From the NCBI GenBank assembly GCA_964619725.1, contig CAZUFC010000159.1:1-17231 (forward strand): 17,231 nt of DNA, given 5' to 3'. The stretch comes from an uncultured bacterium. GTDB taxonomy: Bacteria; CSSED10-310; CAZUFC01. This document shows, in pieces, positions 1 through 7,436 of this stretch. Both the position numbers and the translations under genes were made by a program. Below the pieces are notes generated by a model that was given only the letters and a program-made list of their open reading frames with translations, was not told the DNA's origin and did no database searches. Every line of letters starts with the position of its first letter. Positions within the stretch are counted from its first letter, which is position 1.

Positions 1-33
1 CCTGGGCTTCGCTGTCCGATCCCTTCAGGATCG
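1..33. repeat. Possible truncated REP-like element (CCTGGGCT ... CGATCC-CTTCA-GGATCG hairpin) at window edge
   Basis: Perfect 6-bp stem CGATCC/GGATCG at 17-22/28-33 with a 5-nt loop, preceded by CCTGGGCT; any partner would lie outside the window. Confidence 0.3.
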
Positions 34-169
34 CCGGAGATGTTCAAAACATTAAATAATGCCAGATCGGTTGCGAATCATTTTCTTTTACTCAGCGGGA
101 TTCGGGGATATCCGATAAGGTTACGACGACCCATAAGCGTATAGGCAAAAATAAGCTCGGCGATATGAA

Positions 170-198
170 ACTGGGAGCGCAGGCTTCCAGCCTGCCTG
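170..198 (+). repeat. REP-like palindromic repeat, left copy
   Basis: ACTGGGAGCGCAGGCTTCCAGCCTGCCTG: GGAG (174-177) at the foot of hairpin GCAGGCT-TCC-AGCCTGC (179-195); 28/29 identical to the reverse complement of 489-517. Confidence 0.8.
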
Positions 199-488
199 TT
201 GAATCGAGGTTTCCGATTAAAATTGAGGTTTAAACGACCCTGCGCTTTACGACAACCATCCTGGCGGCACTTTGGCGATAAAAATATTTGCGGGATGGTG
301 CGTCCTCCTTTTTTCATTTTGGATGGGACTTCGTTCGGCCTTTCGAGGGATTGCATGTCAATCAGGTTCTTTTGTGATACGTTGTTTTTTTTCCCCGGAA
401 TAATTTTATCGGCTTTGCGGTCAATTCCGGTCGATTTACATGTCCGGCCTGACAGTAAGTTTATCGTTCTATTACCGTTTGCTATGCG

Positions 489-517
489 CAGGCAGGCTGG
501 AAGCCTGCGGTCCCAGT
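489..517 (-). repeat. REP-like palindromic repeat, right copy (inverted)
   Basis: CAGGCAGGCTGGAAGCCTGCGGTCCCAGT is the reverse complement of 170-198 with one mismatch (position 510). Confidence 0.8.
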
Positions 518-609
518 AATCGTTGAAAGGTTTTGCTCTGCTTGACGGTCTTGGGTTATTGTATGCCGTTATGATGACCTAATCGGATTTTTTAGCCGTT
601 TTTGTCGGA

Positions 610-844
610 AATGTTGTTTATTGAAAAAGGCAGACGCGATATCCGGTTTTTTGCTGAAAGGTAATGGTAATATTTTGTTTCGATTGCGATCCCGACCACG
701 AACCCGATAGAGAAAAAAACGACCCTTGATGACAATACAGCAGTGAGTTCTTCAAACAGATGATTGTGGGTGAGGATGAGTATCTTAATCGGGATTTCAA
801 TCAGTCAAATGTTTTATTAAAAAAGCGTAACGCCGGTTTGATCA
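610..844. repeat. Dispersed intergenic module Y, copy 1 (CGANNN hexamer run; ends GTTTGATCA)
   Basis: 672-690 identical to 7147-7165 (19 bp); 823-844 matches 7226-7247 at 20/22; 610-623 identical to 13463-13476; five CGANNN hexamers at 681-710. Confidence 0.65.
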
Positions 845-1513
845 TTCGCTTCGGCGTTCGTGTATCAGCACGTGCGAACTGCCCCAGGAGAACCATGATT
901 TGAATTCTTCTTTTAATTCGAACCTTTCATCTTTCAAATCGTAGGATAAGGTGATCACTTTACAGCCGCAGGGGGCCCTTGCCAGCGTTTCTGTTAACCT
1001 GTTTACCTGATCGTCGGTAAATGTGGTTCCCGCGATATAGATAATGGATGCGGATGAGAGGTCGGCATCCAGTAAATTTTTATTAATGAAATAGACGTTT
1101 TTCAGGTTTAAATTTTCTTTTATTTTATTGGCTTTTCGGATGAAGTCGGGGACCAGATCATACCCTGTGCATTGCAGCTTGCCCAGGAAATGTGCGTAAA
1201 ACAGCGTTAAACCTCTTCCGCATCCCAGGTCTATAAAATGGTCTCCCGGCGAATATTCTATGCGGGATAACATGCGGCTTACGGTCAGGCAGGGAGTTTC
1301 GCCATAGATGAAATTTCTGCTGTTTTGTTCTGTAACGAGAGGGAGTTTCTGAGGCGTTTGATAGTAATTCTGATAGGGATAAGCTTTGAAAAATTCGAAT
1401 TTAACTTTTCGCCACCAGGAGCATTTTCTGAAAACCCAAAATTCTCGCCAGAACAGGACAAAATTGTAAAGGGTATTCGTGGTCAGCAGATAGAGAAGGC
1501 GAAAAAATTTCAT
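842..1513 (-). CDS. Class I SAM-dependent methyltransferase (DOT1-like YGE + motif I type)
   Basis: 223 aa; YGET motif, SAM motif I FIDLGCGRG, motif II CTGYDL, later IIYIAGT and VITLS strands; 24 bp downstream of the deaminase gene. Confidence 0.8.
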   Translation of the reverse strand: MKFFRLLYLLTTNTLYNFVLFWREFWVFRKCSWWRKVKFEFFKAYPYQNYYQTPQKLPLVTEQNSRNFIYGETPCLTVSRMLSRIEYSPGDHFIDLGCGRGLTLFYAHFLGKLQCTGYDLVPDFIRKANKIKENLNLKNVYFINKNLLDADLSSASIIYIAGTTFTDDQVNRLTETLARAPCGCKVITLSYDLKDERFELKEEFKSWFSWGSSHVLIHERRSE

Positions 1514-1537
1514 GGAGAACCTGCGGTATCGATGAAA

Positions 1538-2758
1538 TTACTGCATAAATTTTTTTTCGACAGTTTCGTAATAATCGATTATTCGTCGGACATATTTTCT
1601 TTTTTCCAGGTATGAGCCGGGGAAGAAGCTGCGTTTGAACCCGTAGATGATATTGTTTTTCAGCTCGTGCGGTTCCAGGTTGAAACTATCGACGGCCAGG
1701 CTGATTTCTTTCGTCATATTGGTGTTTGAGACCGTGCGGTTGTCCGTGCAGAAGGTGGTGCTCAGTTTTTCTTTTCTCATCCTGCCGTAGGGATGATTTT
1801 TGATATGTTTGAGGTTCGGGTCGGTCTGCAGGTTGCTCGTCAGGCAGACTTCGATGGTGATCCTCCTGTCCGCGATATAATTGGCCAGTTCTTTGACGAA
1901 ACGTTTAGGGTCTTTTATGTCTTTTTCAGAGATTCTGGTGTGATCGAAGAGGGTGCATCCGTGTCCCAGGCGATCAGCGTAACATTCGGTGATGGCCTGG
2001 AAAACGCTGACAGGTCCGTAGGCTTCGCCGGCGTGGACGGTTTTTTTCAGGAAGTTTCTATGAGCCAGCATATAGGCGTTCCGATGGTCTTCTGCCGGGT
2101 ATCCTTCTTCGGCGCCGGCGAGATCGATGCCCACGACAGGGATGCCGAGCTTTTTGCGGATATTGATGGCAGCGCGTACCAGTTCCATGGATGCGATGGG
2201 AAACATGTCATCCAGCGGGGTATATTGATGAACTCGAATAAGGTCCCTGTAATATTCAGAATACTGGGCATCGAACTGTCGCAATGCGCATGCGATGATC
2301 CCGTAATCGTAAGCGGGTTCGGCATTTTCAACTACCGCTTTTCGAGCGTTGAATTGATTTTTGGCCCGTTCCAGACCGCGGTTGACCGCCAGAAATACCT
2401 CCTCAGTCGTAAACTTGTCCGATACATGAAGATGCGGCGCATATCGTACTTCTATGTAACGGACTCCTTCCCTGTAACTGTCCTCCGCAAGCTCATACGC
2501 TGTTCGTTCGAGCGCTTCGGCATCGCTTAAAACAGCCGTCGTATATTGAAATCCGCTCAAATACTCTACCAGGTTCTCATACCTCCGCTTGAATACCAGG
2601 TCTATCAGCCCCTCTTGCGTATAAGAGGGCAGTTTGACTCCCTGTTTGCGGGCCAGTTCAATGAGCGTTCCCAGTCGTATCGAGCCGTCCAGATGGCAGT
2701 GAAGGTCTGTCTTGGGTAATTCCTTTATCATCTCTTTCGTTATTTTTTTGCTTTCCAT
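1538..2758 (-). CDS. add: Adenosine deaminase-family metallo-amidohydrolase (COG1816-like)
   Basis: 406 aa; LPKTDLHCHLDGS, EGVRYIEVRYAP, GIDLAGAE, TVHAGEA, RLGHG, EVCLTSN, CTDNR; GGAGG RBS upstream. Confidence 0.9.
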   Translation of the reverse strand: MESKKITKEMIKELPKTDLHCHLDGSIRLGTLIELARKQGVKLPSYTQEGLIDLVFKRRYENLVEYLSGFQYTTAVLSDAEALERTAYELAEDSYREGVRYIEVRYAPHLHVSDKFTTEEVFLAVNRGLERAKNQFNARKAVVENAEPAYDYGIIACALRQFDAQYSEYYRDLIRVHQYTPLDDMFPIASMELVRAAINIRKKLGIPVVGIDLAGAEEGYPAEDHRNAYMLAHRNFLKKTVHAGEAYGPVSVFQAITECYADRLGHGCTLFDHTRISEKDIKDPKRFVKELANYIADRRITIEVCLTSNLQTDPNLKHIKNHPYGRMRKEKLSTTFCTDNRTVSNTNMTKEISLAVDSFNLEPHELKNNIIYGFKRSFFPGSYLEKRKYVRRIIDYYETVEKKFMQ

Positions 2759-2943
2759 TTATAATTTTTCCTCCAACATCGCTCTGAATCGTCAGTGGTT
2801 CAGGGTTTGAAATGTAATAGATTGACGCCGCTATTGCAAGTTTTGAGGAATTCAATATTTAATATCTGTTCTTTTTTCAGGTGTTGATTTATACTGGTGG
2901 GGAAGTCGATGATGAAAACAATTTACAGACAAGGAGTTTTGTC

Positions 2944-3429
2944 ATGACGAAACCTGTTTTTATCAGGAAGGATGATTTTCCCGTTATCGGTTACGAATTG
3001 AGGACGACGACGCAGGAGGGAAAAAACTTCAGGGAAATTCCGGAATTCTGGGATAAAATTATACAGGAGAAAGGGATTGAGAGAATTCCAAACAGAAAGT
3101 ATCCGAATGTGACTCTGGGAATATGCATGGACTTCAGGGAGGACGGCTCATTTTGTTATCTGATAGCGTCGGAAGTCAGCAGTGAGAAGGATATTCCTGA
3201 AGGAATGACGTTAAAGCAGGTGCCGGCAGCGGAATATGCGGTGTTCACGGCACGGGGCGAAATGCCTGAATCCATCCAGGAAACCGTGAAATACATATAC
3301 AGAGAATGGTTGCCTCATTCCAATTATATGAGAACGGCGGGAGCGGAATTTGAGCTTTACGATGAACGTTGCGAGCGTGAAGAGAATCCCGAAGTAGATA
3401 TATATGTTCCGGTGAAACCGGCGGAGTAG
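2944..3429 (+). CDS. Stand-alone GyrI-like / AraC effector-binding domain protein
   Basis: AAGGAG RBS at 2931-2936 supports ATG 2944 rather than GTG 2881; motifs EIPEFW, VPAAEYAVF, YIYREWLP, FELYDER, DIYVPV. Confidence 0.85.
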   Translation: MTKPVFIRKDDFPVIGYELRTTTQEGKNFREIPEFWDKIIQEKGIERIPNRKYPNVTLGICMDFREDGSFCYLIASEVSSEKDIPEGMTLKQVPAAEYAVFTARGEMPESIQETVKYIYREWLPHSNYMRTAGAEFELYDERCEREENPEVDIYVPVKPAE

Positions 3430-3636
3430 GCGGCGGATGCTGGAAGGCGGATGAAGTTTTTTTGATGCTTTGTTTTCTCAGCAGTTTTATTCTCAATTCA
3501 AGCGGAAGAAAACCATTTCCAATGAGATGAAAAAATGATTACAATAGTCCCGGCATTCTCTGAGTTGGAAGAACCGGGGTAATTGATGAATCTGCGTTAC
3601 TTCATACATTTGATTTTTTACGATTGGGGCCGGAAT

Positions 3637-4566
3637 ATGCCTGTGTGGAAGCGCATTTTCCTCTATCTTTCACTGGCGCTGTTGGGAGCGGGCTTCGGGG
3701 GGCTTGCTCAGATGGCCTTGTTTCATACTTCGGGACATGAGGCGCTGGTATTCGGCAGCATCGCCATATTTTTACTGGGAATTTTCACGATGAATGCGAT
3801 AATTTCTTCAGACTTGGAGCGGAAGTTGGAGATAGAGGCGGATAACCGTTTAAAGAAGGCCGAACTGGACCAGGCGCACAAAATGCAGGTGTCGATGTTG
3901 CCGGAGGAACCGCCGGAGTTGGATGGATATGAAGTTGCGGTACGGATGAAGACAGCGACGGAAGTGGGCGGCGATTACTATGATTTTTTTCAGAAAGACG
4001 ATGGAGTCAACTATATCGTAATCGGTGATGCGACGGGTCACGGTTTGCCTGCGGGAATGATGGTATCTATGACCAAGGCGGGATTGGAAGCGATTAACGC
4101 CGGCCAACCCGCTGCCATGATGGAAAAGTTGAATCAGGTTTTCTGCGCGGTGCGTATCCGCAAAATAAAAATGGCCCTGAACATTCTGCGGATAGGTGAA
4201 GACTCCGTTACTTACTGTTCGGTCGGTTTGCCTCCCTGTTTTTTATACCGAAGCGAAACGGGCATGACTGAGGAAATTTTGATACCGGGTTTGCCGCTGG
4301 GCAGTCCGATAGCGAAAGTATTCAAATCAAAAAGCATCAGGCCGGTGAGAGGCGACGTCCTGGTTTTTTATACGGACGGCTTTCCGGAAATCAGAAACAA
4401 AAACGGAGAAATACTGGGATTTGAAAATATAAAAAAATTCATAGAAAAAAATGGGGCTCTCAGCGCGGGGGAATTACTGGAAAAAATGATGGAGTTTGCC
4501 TTGGGGCATGCTGATGATCAGCCGTTAGAAGATGACATTACGTTGCTGATACTGAAAAAACGATGA
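3637..4566 (+). CDS. Membrane-anchored PP2C/SpoIIE (RsbU-like) Ser/Thr phosphatase
   Basis: Two N-terminal hydrophobic segments, coiled linker ELDQAHKMQVSMLP, then EVGGDYYD, IGDATGHG, FYTDG, DDITLL; start uncertain (ORF open from 3583). Confidence 0.88.
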   Translation: MPVWKRIFLYLSLALLGAGFGGLAQMALFHTSGHEALVFGSIAIFLLGIFTMNAIISSDLERKLEIEADNRLKKAELDQAHKMQVSMLPEEPPELDGYEVAVRMKTATEVGGDYYDFFQKDDGVNYIVIGDATGHGLPAGMMVSMTKAGLEAINAGQPAAMMEKLNQVFCAVRIRKIKMALNILRIGEDSVTYCSVGLPPCFLYRSETGMTEEILIPGLPLGSPIAKVFKSKSIRPVRGDVLVFYTDGFPEIRNKNGEILGFENIKKFIEKNGALSAGELLEKMMEFALGHADDQPLEDDITLLILKKR

Positions 4567-4580
4567 TTTGACGATAAATT

Positions 4581-5015
4581 ATGGACATCATCGACTGGAT
4601 AAATAACGAATTAAAACCTAAACCGGTCGATTCGACGGCATTTATTTATAATGAAATGGAATCACAGTCAGGCTATTGTCTGCCGATAATTTACCAGGAG
4701 TTCGACTGGGAAGACGTATTGCATTGGCGAGACCGCGGTTCTATGCTTGATTTTCTTTTTTCCGTTGAGGGCGAAAACAAACAATTACTGGATTTCGGTC
4801 CCGGCGACGGATGGCCTTCACTGATCGTCGCTCCCTATGCGGGCAAAGTCATTGGAGCGGATTTCGCCGGCAAGCTGTTCTACGGCTTATCGGATGATGA
4901 AAAACCCAAAGATGTCGCAGCGCTGGATAAGGCGCTTCGTCCCTTGATCCGGATAGTTATTAATATGCCGGCTCCGATAGAGGCAGACCCGATGATTACT
5001 GCAGTCAAAAAATGA
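4581..5015 (+). pseudogene. Class I SAM methyltransferase, probably with an in-frame internal deletion
   Basis: 144 aa; motif I LLDFGPGDG and motif II VIGAD present, but only about 50 aa follow, too few for the rest of the Rossmann fold. Confidence 0.55.
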
Positions 5016-5036
5016 TGAAAGGATATTGACGGCGCT

Positions 5037-5714
5037 ATGACAGGAACGTTAATCAACGCAGGAGCGGTGCTTGCCGGCAGCGCTGCGGGTTTGCTGCTGC
5101 ACGCCAGACTGCCCAGAAAGATTACGACGATAGCTTTTCAGGGCATTGGTCTTTTTACCCTTTTTCTCGGATTTACCATGGCCTCCAAAACATCGAATTT
5201 CCTGATCCTGATTTTTTCCATCATTATAGGTTCCATATTCGGTGAACTGATGCAACTGGAAAAACGGCTGGAAAGTTTCGGAGACTTTTTGAAGCGGAAA
5301 CTGAAATCAAAAAATCATAAATTTTCGGAAGGTTTCATCACAGCTTTTCTTCTCTTCTGCATGGGCTCCATGACCATATTGGGAGCATTCGAAGAAGGAT
5401 TAGGCGGAAAACCGACCCTCCTGTCGGCCAAATCGGTCCTGGACGGGTTCGCTTCCGTCGCTCTTTCTGCCGCCATGGGCATAGGCGTTATGTTCTCCAT
5501 CATACCGCTGATTATTTATCAGGGTGGATTAACCCTTTTCGCCGGATTGCTGGAAAACGTCCTGACGGAACATATAATCAACGAAATGACTGCCGCCGGA
5601 GGACTCATCCTCCTGGGCCTGGGCATCAATATTCTGGAAATTAAAAAATTAAAGGTCCTCAATATGCTGCCGGCGCTGATGATAGCGGTTATACTGGCTT
5701 TTTTCATCACGTAG
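5037..5714 (+). CDS. DUF554 family membrane protein (YdfK/YqgA-like)
   Basis: 225 aa, highly hydrophobic; GTLINAGAVLAGS, EGFITAFLLFCMGSMTILG, KSVLDG, IYQGGLT, KVLNMLPAL. Confidence 0.9.
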   Translation: MTGTLINAGAVLAGSAAGLLLHARLPRKITTIAFQGIGLFTLFLGFTMASKTSNFLILIFSIIIGSIFGELMQLEKRLESFGDFLKRKLKSKNHKFSEGFITAFLLFCMGSMTILGAFEEGLGGKPTLLSAKSVLDGFASVALSAAMGIGVMFSIIPLIIYQGGLTLFAGLLENVLTEHIINEMTAAGGLILLGLGINILEIKKLKVLNMLPALMIAVILAFFIT

Positions 5715-5722
5715 CGCCTGAT

Positions 5723-6118
5723 TCATATATGATCCCAAAGCCTTAATCCCGGCACATATTTGAAATGTCTGTCATAGGTCGCTAAAACAGAACCTGATTC
5801 CACCGCATGAGAAGCAATCCACAGATCATTTATGGGGATTGGTTTACCCCTTGTTTTCAATTGGTTCTTTAAAAACCCGAATGCTTCAGCCGTGCTCTGA
5901 TGAGCCAACAGCAATCTTACCGTCGGCTTTGTTAAAAATCGGTGAAGTATCTGCTTGTTCTCCTTTTTTTTCTTTCCGCCCCCAAAACCCGCATACAACT
6001 CACCTAAAACGAAAATGGACATGTATATTGTATCAGCCCCGGAAACAACGCCTAAAACCCTTTCATCGCCTGCCAGGAAATTCGAATACGCGCTTGTATC
6101 AAGCATTACTTTATTCAT
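5723..6118 (-). CDS. vapC: PIN-domain toxin, VapC family
   Basis: LDTSAY, VLGEL, PIPINDLWIASHA, LATYDRHF; ATG at 6118 overlaps the antitoxin stop (ATGA). Confidence 0.92.
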   Translation of the reverse strand: MNKVMLDTSAYSNFLAGDERVLGVVSGADTIYMSIFVLGELYAGFGGGKKKKENKQILHRFLTKPTVRLLLAHQSTAEAFGFLKNQLKTRGKPIPINDLWIASHAVESGSVLATYDRHFKYVPGLRLWDHI

Positions 6119-6372
6119 TTCCATTCCTCTTCATCAATTCCCTCAAAGTCTCTCGTATTTTTTTTAAACTCTTCCAAATCCTCTTTCGTCCAAACGGATA
6201 AAAATTCAACAAATTCACTTTCGTGCTTCATGCTTTCAGCAGGTTTTACGCCCGTCGCTTCCTCAAGGATTTTCTTCACCGTTTTGTTGATGCTCTTGCC
6301 CTCTGCCTTCGCCTTGTTTTTAATCACTTCATACACGGAGTCGTCAATTCCGTGAATTGTAATTGATTTCAT
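6115..6372 (-). CDS. Antitoxin, ribbon-helix-helix (FitA/VapB-like)
   Basis: 85 aa; MKSITIHGIDDSVYEVIKNKAKAEGKSINKTVKKIL RHH pattern and acidic C-terminal tail; translationally coupled to the PIN toxin. Confidence 0.85.
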   Translation of the reverse strand: MKSITIHGIDDSVYEVIKNKAKAEGKSINKTVKKILEEATGVKPAESMKHESEFVEFLSVWTKEDLEEFKKNTRDFEGIDEEEWK

Positions 6373-6396
6373 TTTTCTTTATCCTTTTCCATTTAC

Positions 6397-6431
6397 TGAA
6401 CCATTTCCGGTTCATTATTTTAATTATGAAC
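6397..6431. promoter_or_regulatory. Putative TA autoregulatory operator (two overlapping inverted repeats)
   Basis: TGAACC-N6-GGTTCA (6397-6414) and GTTCAT-N10-ATGAAC (6410-6431), 25-59 bp upstream of the antitoxin start. Confidence 0.5.
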
Positions 6432-6545
6432 TAATTTATGATGCAAATCAAGGAAAGAAATTGGGGGCTTTTCTTTCTTGCACAACCAAATTATTCTGTG
6501 GAGAGGTCTCTGGAGAAGACTGCAATATTTCAATGGGAGGATGAT

Positions 6546-6953
6546 ATGCGGGTATTATTCTGGTTTTGCGAGCATTTTGCCTGGAAGCCGAGCATGAAGA
6601 CGTTAGATACGGCGGATGAGGCGGAAGCGGACAGTTGGGAGGGTACGGCGGCGGCGTTCGTACATGTGGAATCGAAAGACGTTGAAGAGGGGAGCGGTTC
6701 TGAAACGAAGCTGGTGAAGAACGCCAAGTGGCTTGCGAGGAAATGGGAGGTGAAGCGGATCGTTTTGCATTCATTTGCACATTTGGGAGAAGAGAAGGGG
6801 GACCCGGAAAAGGCGAGAGATTTGCTGAACAGGGCTCAGGACAGGCTAGAGAATGCGGGTTATGACGTAAAACAGACGCCGTACGGTTATTTTTTCGATA
6901 TAGAAATAAAAGCGCCTGGAAAGCCGCTAGCGAGAATCTACAAGGAATGGTGA
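6546..6953 (+). CDS. Free-standing archaeal-type threonyl-tRNA synthetase editing domain (DTD-like fold)
   Basis: GGAGG RBS before ATG 6546; 135 aa; MRVL start, AFVHVE, SFAHL, TPYGYF and GKPLA align with the archaeal ThrRS N-terminal domain motifs AFISVE, PFAHL, APFGYY, GHPLA. Confidence 0.85.
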   Translation: MRVLFWFCEHFAWKPSMKTLDTADEAEADSWEGTAAAFVHVESKDVEEGSGSETKLVKNAKWLARKWEVKRIVLHSFAHLGEEKGDPEKARDLLNRAQDRLENAGYDVKQTPYGYFFDIEIKAPGKPLARIYKEW

Positions 6954-6988
6954 AGAAGGGGTAATATCAGGCAGGGATAATGATCGTC

Positions 6989-7103
6989 AAAATACTCAGG
7001 TTTTTGGAAAGAAGCGGTAGGCTGTCGCCTGCTGTTGTTGACACAGATACCGGGGATAAGGGAAGAAGAGTATTATGAGAAATTGTAATTTCGGCATTGA
7101 TCA
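6989..7103. repeat. Dispersed intergenic module X, copy 1
   Basis: Colinear with 15766-15878: 18/21 at 6989-7009, 15/17 at 7054-7070, shared AATTGT and terminal TTGATCA. Confidence 0.6.
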
Positions 7104-7247
7104 AAAAGGCGTCTTTTGAAGTTACAATTCTTCCGAATATGCCATCATTTTGTTTCGATTGCGATTACGATTTCGATCCCGATACCGACCCTGATTACTG
7201 AAAAAACTGTCGAACGTTTTGAAAGAAGTGTAACCCCGGTTTGATCA
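7098..7247. repeat. Dispersed intergenic module Y, copy 2, bounded by TGATCA at both ends
   Basis: Seven hexamers CGATTG CGATTA CGATTT CGATCC CGATAC CGACCC TGATTA (7156-7197); matches to 672-690 and 823-844. Confidence 0.65.
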
Positions 7248-7338
7248 GTCCCGTAATTTCCAATTGATCACTCCCCTGAGAATGTTTCGTCCTCAGTGAT
7301 CGAGATAAGGAAGACGACATTGATTTCAGGAATAATTA

Positions 7339-7366
7339 TTGACATAAATATTTTCGGCATTATGAT
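7339..7366 (+). promoter_or_regulatory. Putative sigma70 promoter of the Mo-hydroxylase operon
   Basis: TTGACA (7339-7344), 16 bp spacer, TATGAT (7361-7366); AT-rich upstream; 70 bp before GTG 7437. Confidence 0.55.
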
Positions 7367-7436
7367 TTTATGAGCAGCATAAGCGTTTTGTCGAGGTCGT
7401 GATGCGGCGGTTTTTCAATGCGAACGGGAGTGAAAG

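Noticed and set aside
78-519. ORFs 78-356 (-) and 199-519 (+) sharing the peptide RQAGSLRSQ
   Set aside because: The shared peptide is just the translated inverted repeat; no RBS or protein-like composition
1793-2530. 245-aa antisense ORF opposite the adenosine deaminase
   Set aside because: In-register shadow ORF with no motif support
7156-7197. CRISPR array or phase-variable SSR
   Set aside because: Units are 6 bp, degenerate, have no spacers and lie outside coding sequence; no cas genes
7250-7436. Purine or other nucleobase riboswitch in the operon leader
   Set aside because: No purine-riboswitch core (e.g. GATATGG...TTTCTACC...CCGTAAA) seen and the leader after the putative promoter is only about 65 nt; cmscan would be decisive
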